Below are positions 40,045 to 53,263 of a stretch of DNA of 64,000 nt, piece by piece. The notes beneath the pieces were generated by a model. That model searched no databases, was not told the DNA's origin, and saw only the letters and a program-made list of their open reading frames with translations. Origin of the DNA: Eledone cirrhosa (Eukaryota); contig OZ024741.1 of the NCBI GenBank assembly GCA_964016885.1, forward strand, positions 61,256,001-61,320,000, given 5' to 3'. The stretch's first letter is position 1. Each line of letters begins with the position of its first letter. The translations under genes and the position numbers were made by a program.

Positions 40045-40385
40045 AACTCTGACAATTCACAGCCCATGATGCTGGCAACTCACTGTCTGTGACTCTGACA
40101 ACTTGTTGCCTATAACTCTGACAATTCACTGCCTATAACCCAGACAATTCCTTGCCTATGACTCAGACGAATTACTGCCAATTCATTGTCTATGACTGAC
40201 AATTCAGTGCTTATGATTCAGACAATTCAGTGCCTATGACTGACAATTAATTGCCTATGATTTAGACAATTCAGTGCCTATAACTCTGATAATTCACTGC
40301 CTATGACTCAGACAATTCATTGCTTATGACTCTCAATTTGTTGTCTGTGGTTCTTCCAATTTGTTGCCCATAACTCTGATAATTT
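40045..40385. repeat. ~22-bp tandem repeat derived from a SINE 5' end
   Basis: ACTCTGACAATTCACTGCCTAT-type units, roughly 15 copies, continuing from a minus-strand SINE head at about 39960-40065. Confidence 0.75.
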
Positions 40386-41221
40386 GCCACTTATTACTGT
40401 TTATAACCAATGTCTGGAGCTAATGAATTCATTATTTAAAAGAAGAGTTTATGAAACCATTTCTAAGAAAGAAATTTACTTCAGAACCTTCTATACACTT
40501 GAAACATTTAGTGTCTGATGAAGTTTGGAATTAAGCTATGGGTTAAGTAATATCTTTGATTGGGACCTGTAAATTTTGGAAATGCCTTTCATTGGGACCT
40601 GTAGAGTAACTGATTACTGGATGTCAGGGAATACCTATCGATGGTTTCTAATTAATAATTACAAAGCATAGACTGGTAATTAATGAACATGAGAAATCAA
40701 AGACTTGTAATTAATAAGTACTAAATCATGGATTGCAACTAATGAGAGTGAAATTAGGCAATAGATAACAACAAAAACTTCCAAGGGAAATTGATTAAGG
40801 CACATTTAAGAGTAAATTAGGATTAGAATTTGAGGGGAAATGGAAGATTTAACAAAATGGAGAGGAATGTTTTGTTTGGCAAACTTCTTGAGAAGCAATC
40901 ATAATTCCTGGAAAAGAAACACTCATGATGATTCTTTGTCTAGACAGTAATTCTTTCTCTTCACTGAATACAGGGAATCATATAATCCCAGATAACTTGT
41001 GTAAATATAAAACTGTGTTTTGTATGGCTGAGAAGTTTCTAGTAATCATTTGTGTTAAAATATGGCTGACTGAGTGGTTAAGGAGTTCATTTTATAATCA
41101 CATAGTTCTAGGTTCAGTTTCTACTGTGTGACAAATTGGGCAAGTGTCTTCTACTATAGCCTTCTACTATTCCAATGCCTTGTGAGTGGAATTTGGTAGA
41201 CAGAAACTTCAGAAACTTGTT

Positions 41222-42263
41222 CTATGTGTATGTATGTATTGTGTATGTGTGTGTGTATCCTTGTCTATGTTTGCATTTGTGGTTATGTGTGTATGTGTGT
41301 ATGTGTGTCCTTGTCTATGTTTGCATTTATGGTTGTGTGTGTATGTTTCCATTTGTGGTTGTATGTGTATGTGTCCATGTGTATGTTTCCATTTGTGGTT
41401 GTGTATTTGTGTATGTATGTGTCTATGTTTACATTTGTGGTTATGTGTGTATGTGTGTGTCCATGCGTATGTTTACATTTGTGGTTGTGTGTGTGTGTGC
41501 ATGTGTATGTTTACATTTGTGGTTGTATGTGTATGTGTCCATGTGTATGTTTACATTTGTGGTTGTGTATGTGAGTGTGTCCTTGTCTATGTTTACATTT
41601 GTGGTTGTGTGTGTATGTGTCCATGTGTCCATGTGTATGTTTACATTTGTGGTTGTGTGTTTATGTGTGTATCCTTGTCTATGTTTACATTTGTGGTTGT
41701 GTGTGTGTGTGTGTGTCCATGTGTATGTTTACATTTGTGGTTGTGGTTGTGTGTGTGTCCTTGTCTATGTTTACATTTGTGGTTGTGTGTGTGTGTCCTT
41801 GTCTATGTTTACATTTGTGGTTGTGTGTGTATGTGTATGTGTCCATGTGTATGTTTACATTTGTGGTTGTGTGTGTATGTGTGTATCCTTGTCTATGTTT
41901 ACATTTGTGGTTGTGTGTGTGTGTATGTGTGTGTGTGTCCATGTGTATGTTTACATTAGTGGTTGTGGTTGTGTGTGTGTCCTTGTCTATGTTTACATTT
42001 GTGGTTGTGTGTGTATGTGTCCATGTGTATGTTTACATTTGTGGTTGTGTGTGTGTGTATGTGTGTGTGTGTCCATGTGTATGTTTACATTTGTGGTTGT
42101 GTGTGTGTGTATGTGTGTGTGTGTCCATGTGTATGTTTACATTTGTGGTTGTGGTTGTGTGTGTGTCCTTGTCTATGTTTACATTTGTGGTTGTGTGTGT
42201 GAGTCCTTGTCTATGTTTACATTTGTGGTTGTATGTCCATGTGTATGTTTACATTTGTGGTTG
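41222..42263. repeat. Minisatellite ATGTTTACATTTGTGGTT(GT)n expanded inside a SINE (about 41062-42410)
   Basis: More than 20 near-invariant cores separated by variable GT tracts and either CCTTGTCT or CCATGTGT. SINE head (TTGGGCAAGTGTCTTCTACTATAGCC) upstream and SINE 3' part downstream. Confidence 0.85.
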
Positions 42264-42441
42264 CGTTAGTTCCATAACTTAACAGTTCAACAAAAAAGAG
42301 TTTGATAAGATAAATACTAGAAATGAAAAATTAGTATTGAAGTTGATATGATTGGCTAAATGAAGGGCGTGCCATAACATGGATACAGACCAGTGATGAG
42401 AGAAAGAAAGAATTGTCTAGCTGGTAAGTAGAGTCCTTAGA

Positions 42442-42489
<48 letters not shown>

Positions 42490-42492
<3 letters not shown>

Positions 42493-42685
42493 AGGATGAA
42501 AGGCAAAGTTAACCTCGGCGGGATTTCAACTCAGATCGTAAAGGGACGTAACTATGCTGGAAAGCATGGCGTCCGACCCTCTACCGATACTGCCAATCCA
42601 CTGCCATATATATATATATATAATTGTTTCTACGTTAGGCACAAAGCCAGCAATTACCCAGTGCATTACTGGTACTTTATTTTAT
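42490..42685 (-). mobile_element. SINE family A in permuted order, pieces separated by (TA)n
   Basis: 5' half at 42490-42605 and 3' half at 42623-42685, in swapped order relative to the collinear copy at 43826-43957. Confidence 0.8.
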
Positions 42686-43825
42686 ATATATATATATATA
42701 ATGTCAGAGAGTTTGTAGTCAAGTTTAGTGAATTGAACTGATATGGATAAATTGAATGAATCTCCAGCAGTTTCGACGATGATTGCTCCAGTTATTCAAT
42801 CAACTGAAGGAACAACCTCCTTTAGAAATAAACATGTAGGTGGCAGAACATTCTACAGTAATGTAAATTCTTAGGGAGATTCAGCATGATAAAGTGTGTG
42901 ACAAGGCTGGCCCTTTTGAATTAGAGGAACAGTCTATCAATTGGAATTCCAAGCAGTTTCTGTCTAATTAGTTTTTCTAAACAAGGCATAGTTCCACTTT
43001 AGGCGATAGAAAATAACACTTGCCCAAGATGTTATGCAGTGGGATCAAACCCAGGACCTAATGATTGTGAAGTAAACTTTAACAATTCAGCTATGATGTA
43101 TCTACCATGTATAAACATAAATATTTTTGAATGAGATTTTTGTATCACAGATTCAAAAGCAGTCTCTGGTAGGTTGGCATTAAAAGGTTATAGAAAACTC
43201 CTTGCTTGTAGAATTTCCTCTATAAAGAGACTAATATGACTAAGAAAACAGATTTTTATCAGAAATTTAGTAACCCTTTTGATTCCAACCCTCCTGAAAC
43301 AGCCCCTAATTTTATTATAGAAAGCTGTGTATTATAAACTGCTTATATTTTTGTAAAAACTTTCCATCATAATTTCAGGTAAGAACCTTTGGTAAGTTAT
43401 GCTTCAAACACCAGCTTAATAAGGTGAAAGCTAGTTATATAATTGTATCCCTTCAAATCCTCCCTTATTTTCAAAATTATTTTAACACCATAGGTAGTGT
43501 CTGTCATTAGAAATGAAGTAAAAAAAGATTTAAACAAGGCACTTGCCTTGCAGGTAGTTTGGCATTAAAAAGGTTATAAAAAAAAAACCTTGCTTACAGT
43601 GGTTGCTGCACAAGGTAAGTGAATTTTGTGTAGAGATTTGGCAATGTTAAACAATAAGATATATTTTTTCTTTTTTTAACAATATAAAAAAAATTATTTT
43701 CCCAGTAACTGTAATTATTCAATGAAGATAACACTTCTAAAAAAACATCAGAATTGTTGTAGTAAAAGAATTAGAATTTATGGATGGTAGACAACAGTGA
43801 AAGGATTCCATGCAAGAAAAAGAAA

Positions 43826-43957
43826 ATAATAATAATTGTTTCTACTTTTGGCACAAGGCCAGCAATTACCCAGTGCATTACTGGTACTTTATTTTATCGA
43901 CCCCGTAAGGATGAAAGGCAAAGTCAACCTCGGCGGGATTTGAACTCAGATCGTAAA
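43826..43957 (-). mobile_element. SINE family A, 5'-truncated, in (AAT)n
   Basis: Body and B box. The flanking AAAGAAAATAATAATAAT is duplicated on both sides. Confidence 0.85.
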
Positions 43958-44119
43958 GAAAATAATAATAATATGAAAGTATAAGCAAAACAATATATTA
44001 GGTTGTTCACGTGTATGAACACAAATACATGCCCTGTGAGATAGGGCCTGTATTTGTGAGTGTGATAGATATACTGAAGGACAGACAGGTGAGTAGGCTG
44101 GCAGACCAGCACGCAGGCA

Positions 44120-44672
44120 GGTAGATAGACAGAGAGACAGACAGGTAGACAGAGAGACAGACAGAGAGGTAGATAGACAGCGAGACAGACAGAGAGGTAG
44201 AGAGGTAGAGAGACAGAGAGGTAGAGAGACAGAGAGGTAGATAGACAGAGAGACAGGCAGAGAGGTAGAGAGGTAGATAGACATAGAGACAGACAGAGAG
44301 ACAGAGAGGTAGAGAGACAGAGAGGTAGATAGACAGAGAGACAGAGAGGTAGATAGACAGAGAGACAGACAGCGAGACAGAGAGGTAGAGAGACAGAGAG
44401 ATAGATAGACAGAGAGGTAGAGAGACAGAGAGGTAGATAGACAGAGAGACAGAGAGGTAGAGAGACAGACAGCGAGACAGAGAGGTAGAGAGACAGAGAG
44501 GTAGAGAGACAGAGAGGTAGAGAGACAGAGAGGTAGATAGACAGAGAGACAGAGAGGTAGAGAGACAGAGAGACAGACAGAGACAGAGAGGTAGATAGAC
44601 AGAGAGGTAGAGAGACAGACAGAGAGGTAGAGAGGTAGAGAGACAGAGAGGTAGAGAGACAGACAGGTAGAT
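44120..44672. repeat. Compound GA-rich minisatellite (GACAGAGAGGTAGA-type units)
   Basis: Direct inspection. Explains the low-complexity ORFs at 43924-44958. Confidence 0.9.
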
Positions 44673-44961
44673 AGATGAGTAGATCGATTGAAACATAGAC
44701 AGAAAAATGAAAAGATAGAGAGATTGCAAGATAGATAAAAATAGATTCATTGAAGGAAATATAGATAGATAAATAGTCAAATAAATGAAGAGATAGATAG
44801 ATAGATAAAATATCTGAGAAATTTAGGGAGAGAGATAGATAGAAGCAACGAGGAAGGGTAAAAAAATAAATATTCAAATTTGGTATTTTCTTTTTCCTTT
44901 GTACAAAAAACATTTGAAATCTAAAAATTATGCATAAAAAAATTGAAAAAAGCAACAATGC

Positions 44962-45058
<97 letters not shown>

Positions 45059-45491
45059 TACACAGATATATATAAGAATTTTTTTTTAAAATTAAAGCAC
45101 CCATCTCTTCCATAGACTGAAACTTTGCCAAATTCAATACATATCTCCCAGGGAAGCAGGGAAGAAAAACGAAAATGACAATAAAAACTAAATGTACCAA
45201 AATACATCTACAAACAAATGTACAATTCACAAAAACAGAAATACTAGAACAGAAAAAACAATTTTCTGTTATACACTTTTTTTTTGTATTGAACTATTTT
45301 CTTCATGTGTTTGCTTAAGAGTTCATCTGAATACAAGAGAATATTTTATTGAATTTAAAAAAACAGAATGGTTATAGAGTAGCTCATTTGCATATAATGC
45401 AAAAAACAATCACAAAAGGATTCCCCCACCCACCAAAAAAGACTATGTATATATAATATAACAAATTGATAAAAGAAACATTCTTATTTAA

Positions 45492-45725
45492 CCCTTTCCA
45501 TACTGTATTATATTTCTAATGAAATACACTGCCTATAATTTCAAATAATTTGTAAAATCATCTTGAATTTGAAAGAATTTAATAATATAACTAACCTACT
45601 TCTTATTAAGTTGGAGTTTGGAATGTAACATAACAAAGCTGCTTACATAAAATTATAATGGAAGCTTTATTAAACACTTTGAAATAAAGTTTTGTATCAC
45701 ATAACCAGGGTTGGTATTAAAAGGG
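45492..45725. mobile_element. piggyBac-like MITE, intact
   Basis: TTAA|CCCTTT ... AAAGGG|TTAA. Confidence 0.8.
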
Positions 45726-46312
45726 TTAATATCTTAAAGAAACACAACAGTTGTTAAACACAGAGGACCCTGATTGGAAAATAATTTATCAAGTTGTTCC
45801 TAGAGAACTATTACTACACCCATATGAATATATACCTATATGAATATTTATCTAAATATACATATAGAAATGTGTCAAAGTACATATCTATATACATGTG
45901 TATATATGTATGAAATATAAATATATATGTATGAGATATAAATCTATATATGTATATTTCAAATATCAGAATCCCAATGCAGCAAATTACTGTAAGATTT
46001 GATCACTATAAATAATAATTGAGAAAATTGGGTGAAATACTCCTGGAGAGGGAAAAAGTAGTCAGAGGTATTTCTGTCCAATGTTTGGACTCCAAGGAAT
46101 TTTTAAAATGATCAGTTCAATTATTAGTATAGTTATTTGTGTAGGGAGGAGTATGTTTCAAATTCCCCTAATGCTTCTTAAGTCAAGCAGTTATACATCA
46201 TCATCATCGTTTAACATCATTTTTCCCTGCTGGCATGAGATAGACGAGTTATCCTGTTGTGAGCAATGCCAGGTCAGGTGACCATGTCTTGCTCATATAT
46301 TATATATATAGT

Positions 46313-46715
46313 AGGCACCTCTTAACCAAATATACACCCCAATCCACTACCCCTACCCTATCCTCCCACTCCCACGAACAGCACGACAAAATGAGATCGA
46401 GATCGTGTAGGTGTCACGATAAAAAACACACACAGTCCACGCTGTAATGTGGCCATGTAGGTAACACGGTAAAAAGTTCCCAGTTCCACACTGTAAATGT
46501 GGTTGGTGTTAGGAAGGGCATCCAGCCGTAGAAAACCTGTGAGACAGTCCTATACGAGCAAGACAACCAATCTTGCCTCAAGTGGGAAAATTCCCGTCCA
46601 AACCCATGCAAGCGTGGAAGATGGACGTTAAACGATGATGATAATGATATATATATCTAAACCCATGCTAGCATGGAAGATAGATGTTAAACGACGACGA
46701 TGATGATGATGATAT
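46313..46715 (+). mobile_element. RTE subfamily B 3' UTR followed by a second minimal tail
   Basis: Reverse complement of the 14413-14780 UTR. Extra AACCCATGCTAGCATGGAAG...(GAT)n at 46658-46715. Confidence 0.85.
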
Positions 46716-47485
46716 ATATATATATATACAAATTCGGCTGCTTATTTGTAAAATGTATGAAAGATGAGATGAAAAAGAAAAAAACAGAAAAAGGCATCTA
46801 TGATGAGTTTTCTCCCTTCCCTAATGTGTACTGAAAACCTCCCCTTATTTTTTCTTATTTTATACACTCTAGACTACATGATCAGTTTACAGCATCTCCC
46901 ACTCCCTCTCTCTCCTTTCTTTCTCTTTTTCTTTCTCCCCTTTTTTATTCCTTCTACTTTTCCTTATTATTAACATAATAATTAATTTCTGTAGCTATTT
47001 AAATTATGTATTCATTTCTGTTAATTTAGCAACCAAATAATTTAACAGTTCTTACAGCTTGAGATTTCTATTCAGTTATTAATATGACAATATAATATCA
47101 ATACATCTACATAGATATTCTTCTCCTTAAATGCATTTTGATGTTTCTGATGATTCAAAGGTTTCGCAGATTAATATATGTAATGATATTTTCATTCTAT
47201 TATATATTTTATGACATCAAACCAAGAAAATAGCATAAATTCTCCCTAAACCATTGGTCATATTACACATGCACGTGTGCAGACACACACACATACATAA
47301 ATACACACACACATATATAAATACATACATATAGTAATAATGATTATGAAGAACAAATTCTGAAGAGGCTCAATAAGGATTATCCATATAAATATATGAG
47401 GCCTCAAAATATAAATATATATATACATACATATATATATAAGAAAATGAGTTGTTGTTTTTTAATTAAAAATAACCCGATGTCT

Positions 47486-47830
47486 TCATCATCATCATCA
47501 TTACATTTTTACATCCGCTTTTTCCCTGCTTGCAAGGGTGGGACGGGAACTGATTCTGGCTTGATTTCTACAGCTGGATGCCCTTCCTAACACCAACCTC
47601 ATTTTACAGTGAGTGCTGGGTGCTTTTTTGCCGTGGCACCTCCACGACCACTTCACAGTGGAATGATAGGGACCCCAGTCCCTATCATCTCATTTCTACA
47701 GCTGAATAAACTGGAGCAATGTGAAATAAAGTGTCTTGCTCAAGGAAACAACACATCACCCGGTCTGAGAATTGAACTCACAACCTTTCGATTGCAAGGC
47801 CAATGCTCTAACCACTAAGCCATGTGCCTC
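47486..47830 (-). mobile_element. SINE family B, full length
   Basis: Matches 29907-30293 but with one fewer ~41-bp unit. Confidence 0.85.
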
Positions 47831-47919
47831 CATATATATATATAAAAGTGCGTATGTGTCATCATCATCGTTTAACGTCCATGTTCCACGATTGCATGGG
47901 TTTGGACGGGTAAAAGTAT

Positions 47920-48151
47920 AAGGAAAAGAAATTGAATGCAACTGGAGTCTTTTTAAGAATATTCATTTATTTCCTTTACCTGTTTCACAGTTCTTATGCT
48001 TTTCAAAGGTAGAATTAAGATGGAGGGTATGTGGTTTGTCTCGTAAAACACAAACCTCCCATTTCAATTCTACTTTTGAAAAACATACAAACTATGTAAA
48101 GGAAATAAATAACTATTCTTAACAAACTCGTTGCATTTTCGATTTCTTTTC

Positions 48152-48154
<3 letters not shown>
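47920..48154. repeat. 235-bp imperfect foldback (rod-like) insert
   Basis: AAGGAAAAGAAAT..TGCAAC..GAGT..TTAAGAATA..TTTATTTCCTTTAC..TTTTCAAAGGTAGAATT is mirrored by the right arm. Confidence 0.75.
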
Positions 48155-48190
<36 letters not shown>

Positions 48191-49087
48191 GAGGCCTCAA
48201 AATATATCATCATCATCACCATTTTACGTCCATTCTTCCACGTTGTCCTGTTGTGGGCAGTGTCCGGTTGGCTGACCTTGTCTTGCTCATACGGGAACTT
48301 ATTCTGGCTTGATTTCTACAGCTGGATGCCCTTCCTAACACCAACCTCATTTACAATATGTGTGTATATATATATATATGAGGCCTCAAAATATATATAT
48401 ATATATATATAAATTTAATATATGTTACAATATATTAAATATATATAACAATAAACTGTGGAGAACACACCTGACTGAAAGTAAGCTCTTTTGCTTCATA
48501 CTATCTTTCTTAGCAAAGAACTAACATCATTATGTTAATTTTTCATAAAAGTTGAATATCAAAGCTCGTGTGCAAAATTGCAGAACATCTTGCTACTTGA
48601 ATTATTACATGAACACAATCCAAAGTCAACAATATGTTTGCACTAAACTCAAACAAATCTATATAGAATATGAAGCCCACACATCAAAACCGATTCTGGT
48701 CCTGATGTCAATAAGGAAATATATTGGAATTTTCTCCATATCCTATTACAAAATCTACTAGTATTTCTCAATGCCTATGCCCTTATGCTAATGTCTTTTA
48801 CTCAATATTCTTGCTTTGTAAAATGGAAATGATGTTGACTAAATTCCATCTTAAGAACTATTATTTGAAGAATAAATAAATGTAACAATGAACATGCTTC
48901 TATGGAGATATGTTTGTTGTAGCCTGCTTGCCTGTTTGTCTGTCTGATTCTTTGTTATTTTCTTTGAATTCAATGCCAGCATTTACCAATCTTATGCATG
49001 CATGAATCTTTTTATCTCTCTGTGTACACATTCTAATACTTCTTTTACATACAAACGTGTGTGTACACACATACACACACATATTTC

Positions 49088-49144
<57 letters not shown>

Positions 49145-49213
49145 TCATCATCAACATTTAACGTCCATTTTTCCACACTAGAATATATATATGCATATAT
49201 ATATGCATATATA

Positions 49214-49960
49214 TCTTCTTCGCCCACTTATTCTTGAGAGGGTCGCGGGGAAAGAGTCCTCAAACGCTCCTTGCAATGGGTCTTGTCAGAAGCAACCATC
49301 TCCAACACCTGGCTGGATCCCCAAGTGAGACCAGCCAAACTCATGGTTGTTTGCCAACCATCTGGATCAGGATCTACCCCTGGGTCTCCTGCCAGTTGGT
49401 TTCGCCCATAAAATCTGTCCAGTGATTCTTTCCTGAGACATTCTAACCACATCTCCATAGTATCGGAGCTGTGATCTCTCGATTTGAAGAAGTAGCAGCT
49501 CTAACTGGAGTGACTCTTTGATCTCCGAGCTATTCACTCTACCAAGTAATGTTACTCCAAGGACCCTTCAGGGGAACCCCATTTCAGCCGCTTGTATTTA
49601 TTATCATATACCTGTAGTCATTACCCAAGATTCACGACTATAGGTAAGAATTGGCATGAATACCAAATTGAAGATAGCGAGTTTAGCTATACGCCTACCT
49701 CCCTTCTTCTGATTCCTGAATGCTGAAGTTGGCACATTACTGCACCAGCTCCTGCAATTCTTGCACTTAATCAAGCCTCCTACATTCCATTACTTGTGAA
49801 CATGGCCTCGAGATACTTGAACTTCTCTACCTGTTTCAGTGGAACTCTATTTACATGTAGAGTGCACTGCACAGGCTTCTTTGAGAGGTGTCTCTTTGGC
49901 AAGTGTCTCAGTTTTCACAGCATTGATTTTTATTCCAGCCATGTAGTACTTGGCATTAAA
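49214..49960 (-). mobile_element. Expander/Rex3-like RTE remnant
   Basis: Minus strand: VEKFKYL, AKLAIFNLVFMPILTYSRESWVMT, IQAAEMGF, IERSQLRYYGDVVRM, GRRPRGRP. Confidence 0.75.
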
Positions 49961-51458
49961 CATATCGATATATACATATCTGTAGTTTATATTCAAAAGT
50001 CTTCTACAGGACTAGAATTCTTACATTCTAGCCTTACAGACAATGGCGATGTGGTTACATCATGCATCGTTGTTACATCATTCCCGCAGTCTACTGAGTC
50101 TACTAGATGCATTTTGTGATAGCTCTAGCACTAGGGTGTGCATTCTGTTTTGGACAAAAGTGAAGAGTCCATGCAACCATATGTTTGGTATGGTTTCTTT
50201 AACAAGATGTTCATCCCATCACCAATCACTTTACAGAATCTACTGTAGATATTACATGGCACCAGAATGATATGTTGTCCTGTTCTGTATAAACAAGACA
50301 TGTTCATCTGACAGCGCATTGCCCACAACAGCACAACTCGTCTAACCAATGCTAATGTGGAAAATGGATGTAAAACGGTGATGGTTATGATGATGTTCTG
50401 ACTGAAGGATCTGTTCAAGCCTTTTTGGCATGGTTTCTCCAGGTTGACGTACTTCCTGATGCCAACCACTTTACAGAATATGCTGGGTGTGTTTTTTATT
50501 GGCACCAGCACTGGGGAGGTCATTGGTCATTGACTCTGCTTTATGAGAAGAATAGGATGGGAGTTAAGAAGAATGATAAGTATGACATGGATGAATGACT
50601 AGTAAGTTGGTGTAGGTCTGTGTTGGGACAAAGAATGATGCAGGTGGGGTGGAGAAGTCGTTAGACACTATATCATCAGTGTAGTAATTACAAATATTTG
50701 CTGATAATTGTTTACTTTATATCCTTTTTTCAATAAATACTTCAGATACATGGTCTGTATTTTACACAAAAGAATGCAAATAGTTCAGGACCATCCTTCC
50801 ATGCTAAAGTAGAAGCTAGCCTTGGATACACCATGAAAAGATTTTCCACATCATCTGTATCCCTCTCACTAAATTTTATTTCTTCCTCTACAAATTTTAG
50901 ACATGCCTTTCTTGGTATTTGCTTTTCTCTACTCCCTTCCACATTAATTTTCATCACTCTTCTAACTCAATTATTTCCATCCTTCCTCAACATGTGACTC
51001 AAACATATAGGGTTATAAGGGCAACAATAAGCTGACCATCAATCCCATACTCCTGCAGAAACTTCCACAGTAGGACCCATGGAAAATGGTTACCTGTGGA
51101 TTATGGCTTTTAAAACTATTCAAATTTATATTTTCAACAATGCTTCAAGCAAACTACAACAGGGAAAAGCGAACGTAAAATGATGATGATGATGATATCA
51201 TTTCATTTTACGTCCGCTTTTTCCCTGCTTGCAAGGGTGGGACTATATATATATATATATAAATATATATATATAAAAGAAGGTATGTAATTTGAAGGCT
51301 GCAACAATACAAAAGGTGTGATAAGATTTAAGATAAAAGAAGGTAACAGAACTGATCCGTTTTACCTATTCTTTATTCAAATATGACCCTTTGAATTACA
51401 TACCTTCTTATACTTAATGCACAATACTTCAAGCAAACTACAACACTCTCCTATATAT

Positions 51459-51864
51459 CATCATCATCATCATCATCATCAACGTTTAACGTCCGTGTTC
51501 CACGCTTGCATGGGTTTGGACGGGGGTAGTCCCACTTGAGGCAAGAGTGATTGTCTTGCTCGCATAGGACTGTCTGGCAGGTTTTCTACAGTTGGATGCC
51601 CTTCCTAACACCAACCACATTTACAGTGTGGGTCTGGGAGGTTTTTACCGTGTTGCCTACACGGCCACATTACAGCGTGGACTGTGTGTTTTTTTGTCGT
51701 GACACCTACACGATCTCATTTGTTTCGGCCTGGATGGCGCGGCACCAACATAACTTTACATAGAACGGGGTGGTGTGGATGGGGTGGGGGTGGTGGCGGG
51801 ACAGGGTGTAGTTTGTTAGAGATGCCTACTGGCAAGGCGGGTCTTCTCTGTTACTGAGTACCGC

Positions 51865-51871
<7 letters not shown>
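51459..51871 (-). mobile_element. RTE subfamily B 3' end
   Basis: Nearly identical to 33721-34140. (TA)n on both sides. Confidence 0.9.
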
Positions 51872-51912
<41 letters not shown>

Positions 51913-52172
51913 TACATATGGGTATGTATGTATATATATGTGTATGTATATCCTTCTGAACATATAAACTTTTACTTGTCATTTACACGATTGATCTTCA
52001 AGCAGCAGCAATTTTACTGATTAGCCCTCAACTATTTAGGATTGTCTCAGATGAAAAATAACAGTTCAAAAACAAAAGAATTCTGTTTTAGAATTCAGAA
52101 AAAATATCTAACTCACTCACAAACACACAAACACATGTACACAAACACATGTACACATACACACACACACAT

Positions 52173-52250
<78 letters not shown>

Positions 52251-52619
52251 GTGTCTGTGTGTGAAACAATTAAAATTTAAAAAATAAAGCTGAAGAAAGC
52301 AGAGCATTAGCTTCTTTTTACATTATAGTTTAAAATTTTACAATTCCTGATTCAGGAACTGAACTGATAAAAGACTAATATATGGTAAAAAATAAAATAG
52401 TAATAAATAAGAGTTTATGAATATAAAATAAATACATAAGACATTTAGATAATATTTTAAAATTTCTTAATGTCAAAAGAAAACACTGATAGTAATAATC
52501 ACTTTTTTTTGTGTGTGTGTTTTTATCATCCCTCTCTCTTTGTTTCTGTCTCACTCACAGTTTCGCACTCTCTCTCTCTCTATCTCTCTCTCTCTCTTTC
52601 ATATATATGTGTATAATCA

Positions 52620-52632
52620 TCATATATATGTA

Positions 52633-52674
<42 letters not shown>

Positions 52675-53091
52675 TATATATACACATTATATATATGTAT
52701 ATATATATTATATATACATATACACATTATATATATGTATACATATATACATTATATATATGTATATATATTATATATATATACACATTATATATATGTA
52801 TATATATATACACATTATATATATGTATATATATGATATATATATATACATATATATATATATCATATATATACATTATATATATGTATATGATATATAT
52901 ATATATACCCATTATATATATGTATATATATGATATATATATATATATATATACACATTATATATATGTATATATATGATATATATATATATATATACAC
53001 ATTATATATATATATATATATATATACACATTATATATATGTATATATATATATATATATACACATTATATATATGTATATATATATACAC

Positions 53092-53151
<60 letters not shown>

Positions 53152-53164
53152 TATACACATTATA

Positions 53165-53202
<38 letters not shown>

Positions 53203-53229
53203 TATACACATTATATATATGTATATATA

Positions 53230-53263
<34 letters not shown>

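Noticed and set aside
41175-42282. Long Cys/Val-rich ORFs (up to 364 aa)
   Set aside because: Translations of a GT-rich minisatellite open in several frames.
43924-44958. 344-aa Leu/Ser-rich ORF
   Set aside because: Translation of a GA-rich minisatellite.
47359-47412. CTGAAGAGGCTCA...TGAGGCCTCAAAA hammerhead-like motif
   Set aside because: No GAAA, and no stem III or stem I support.
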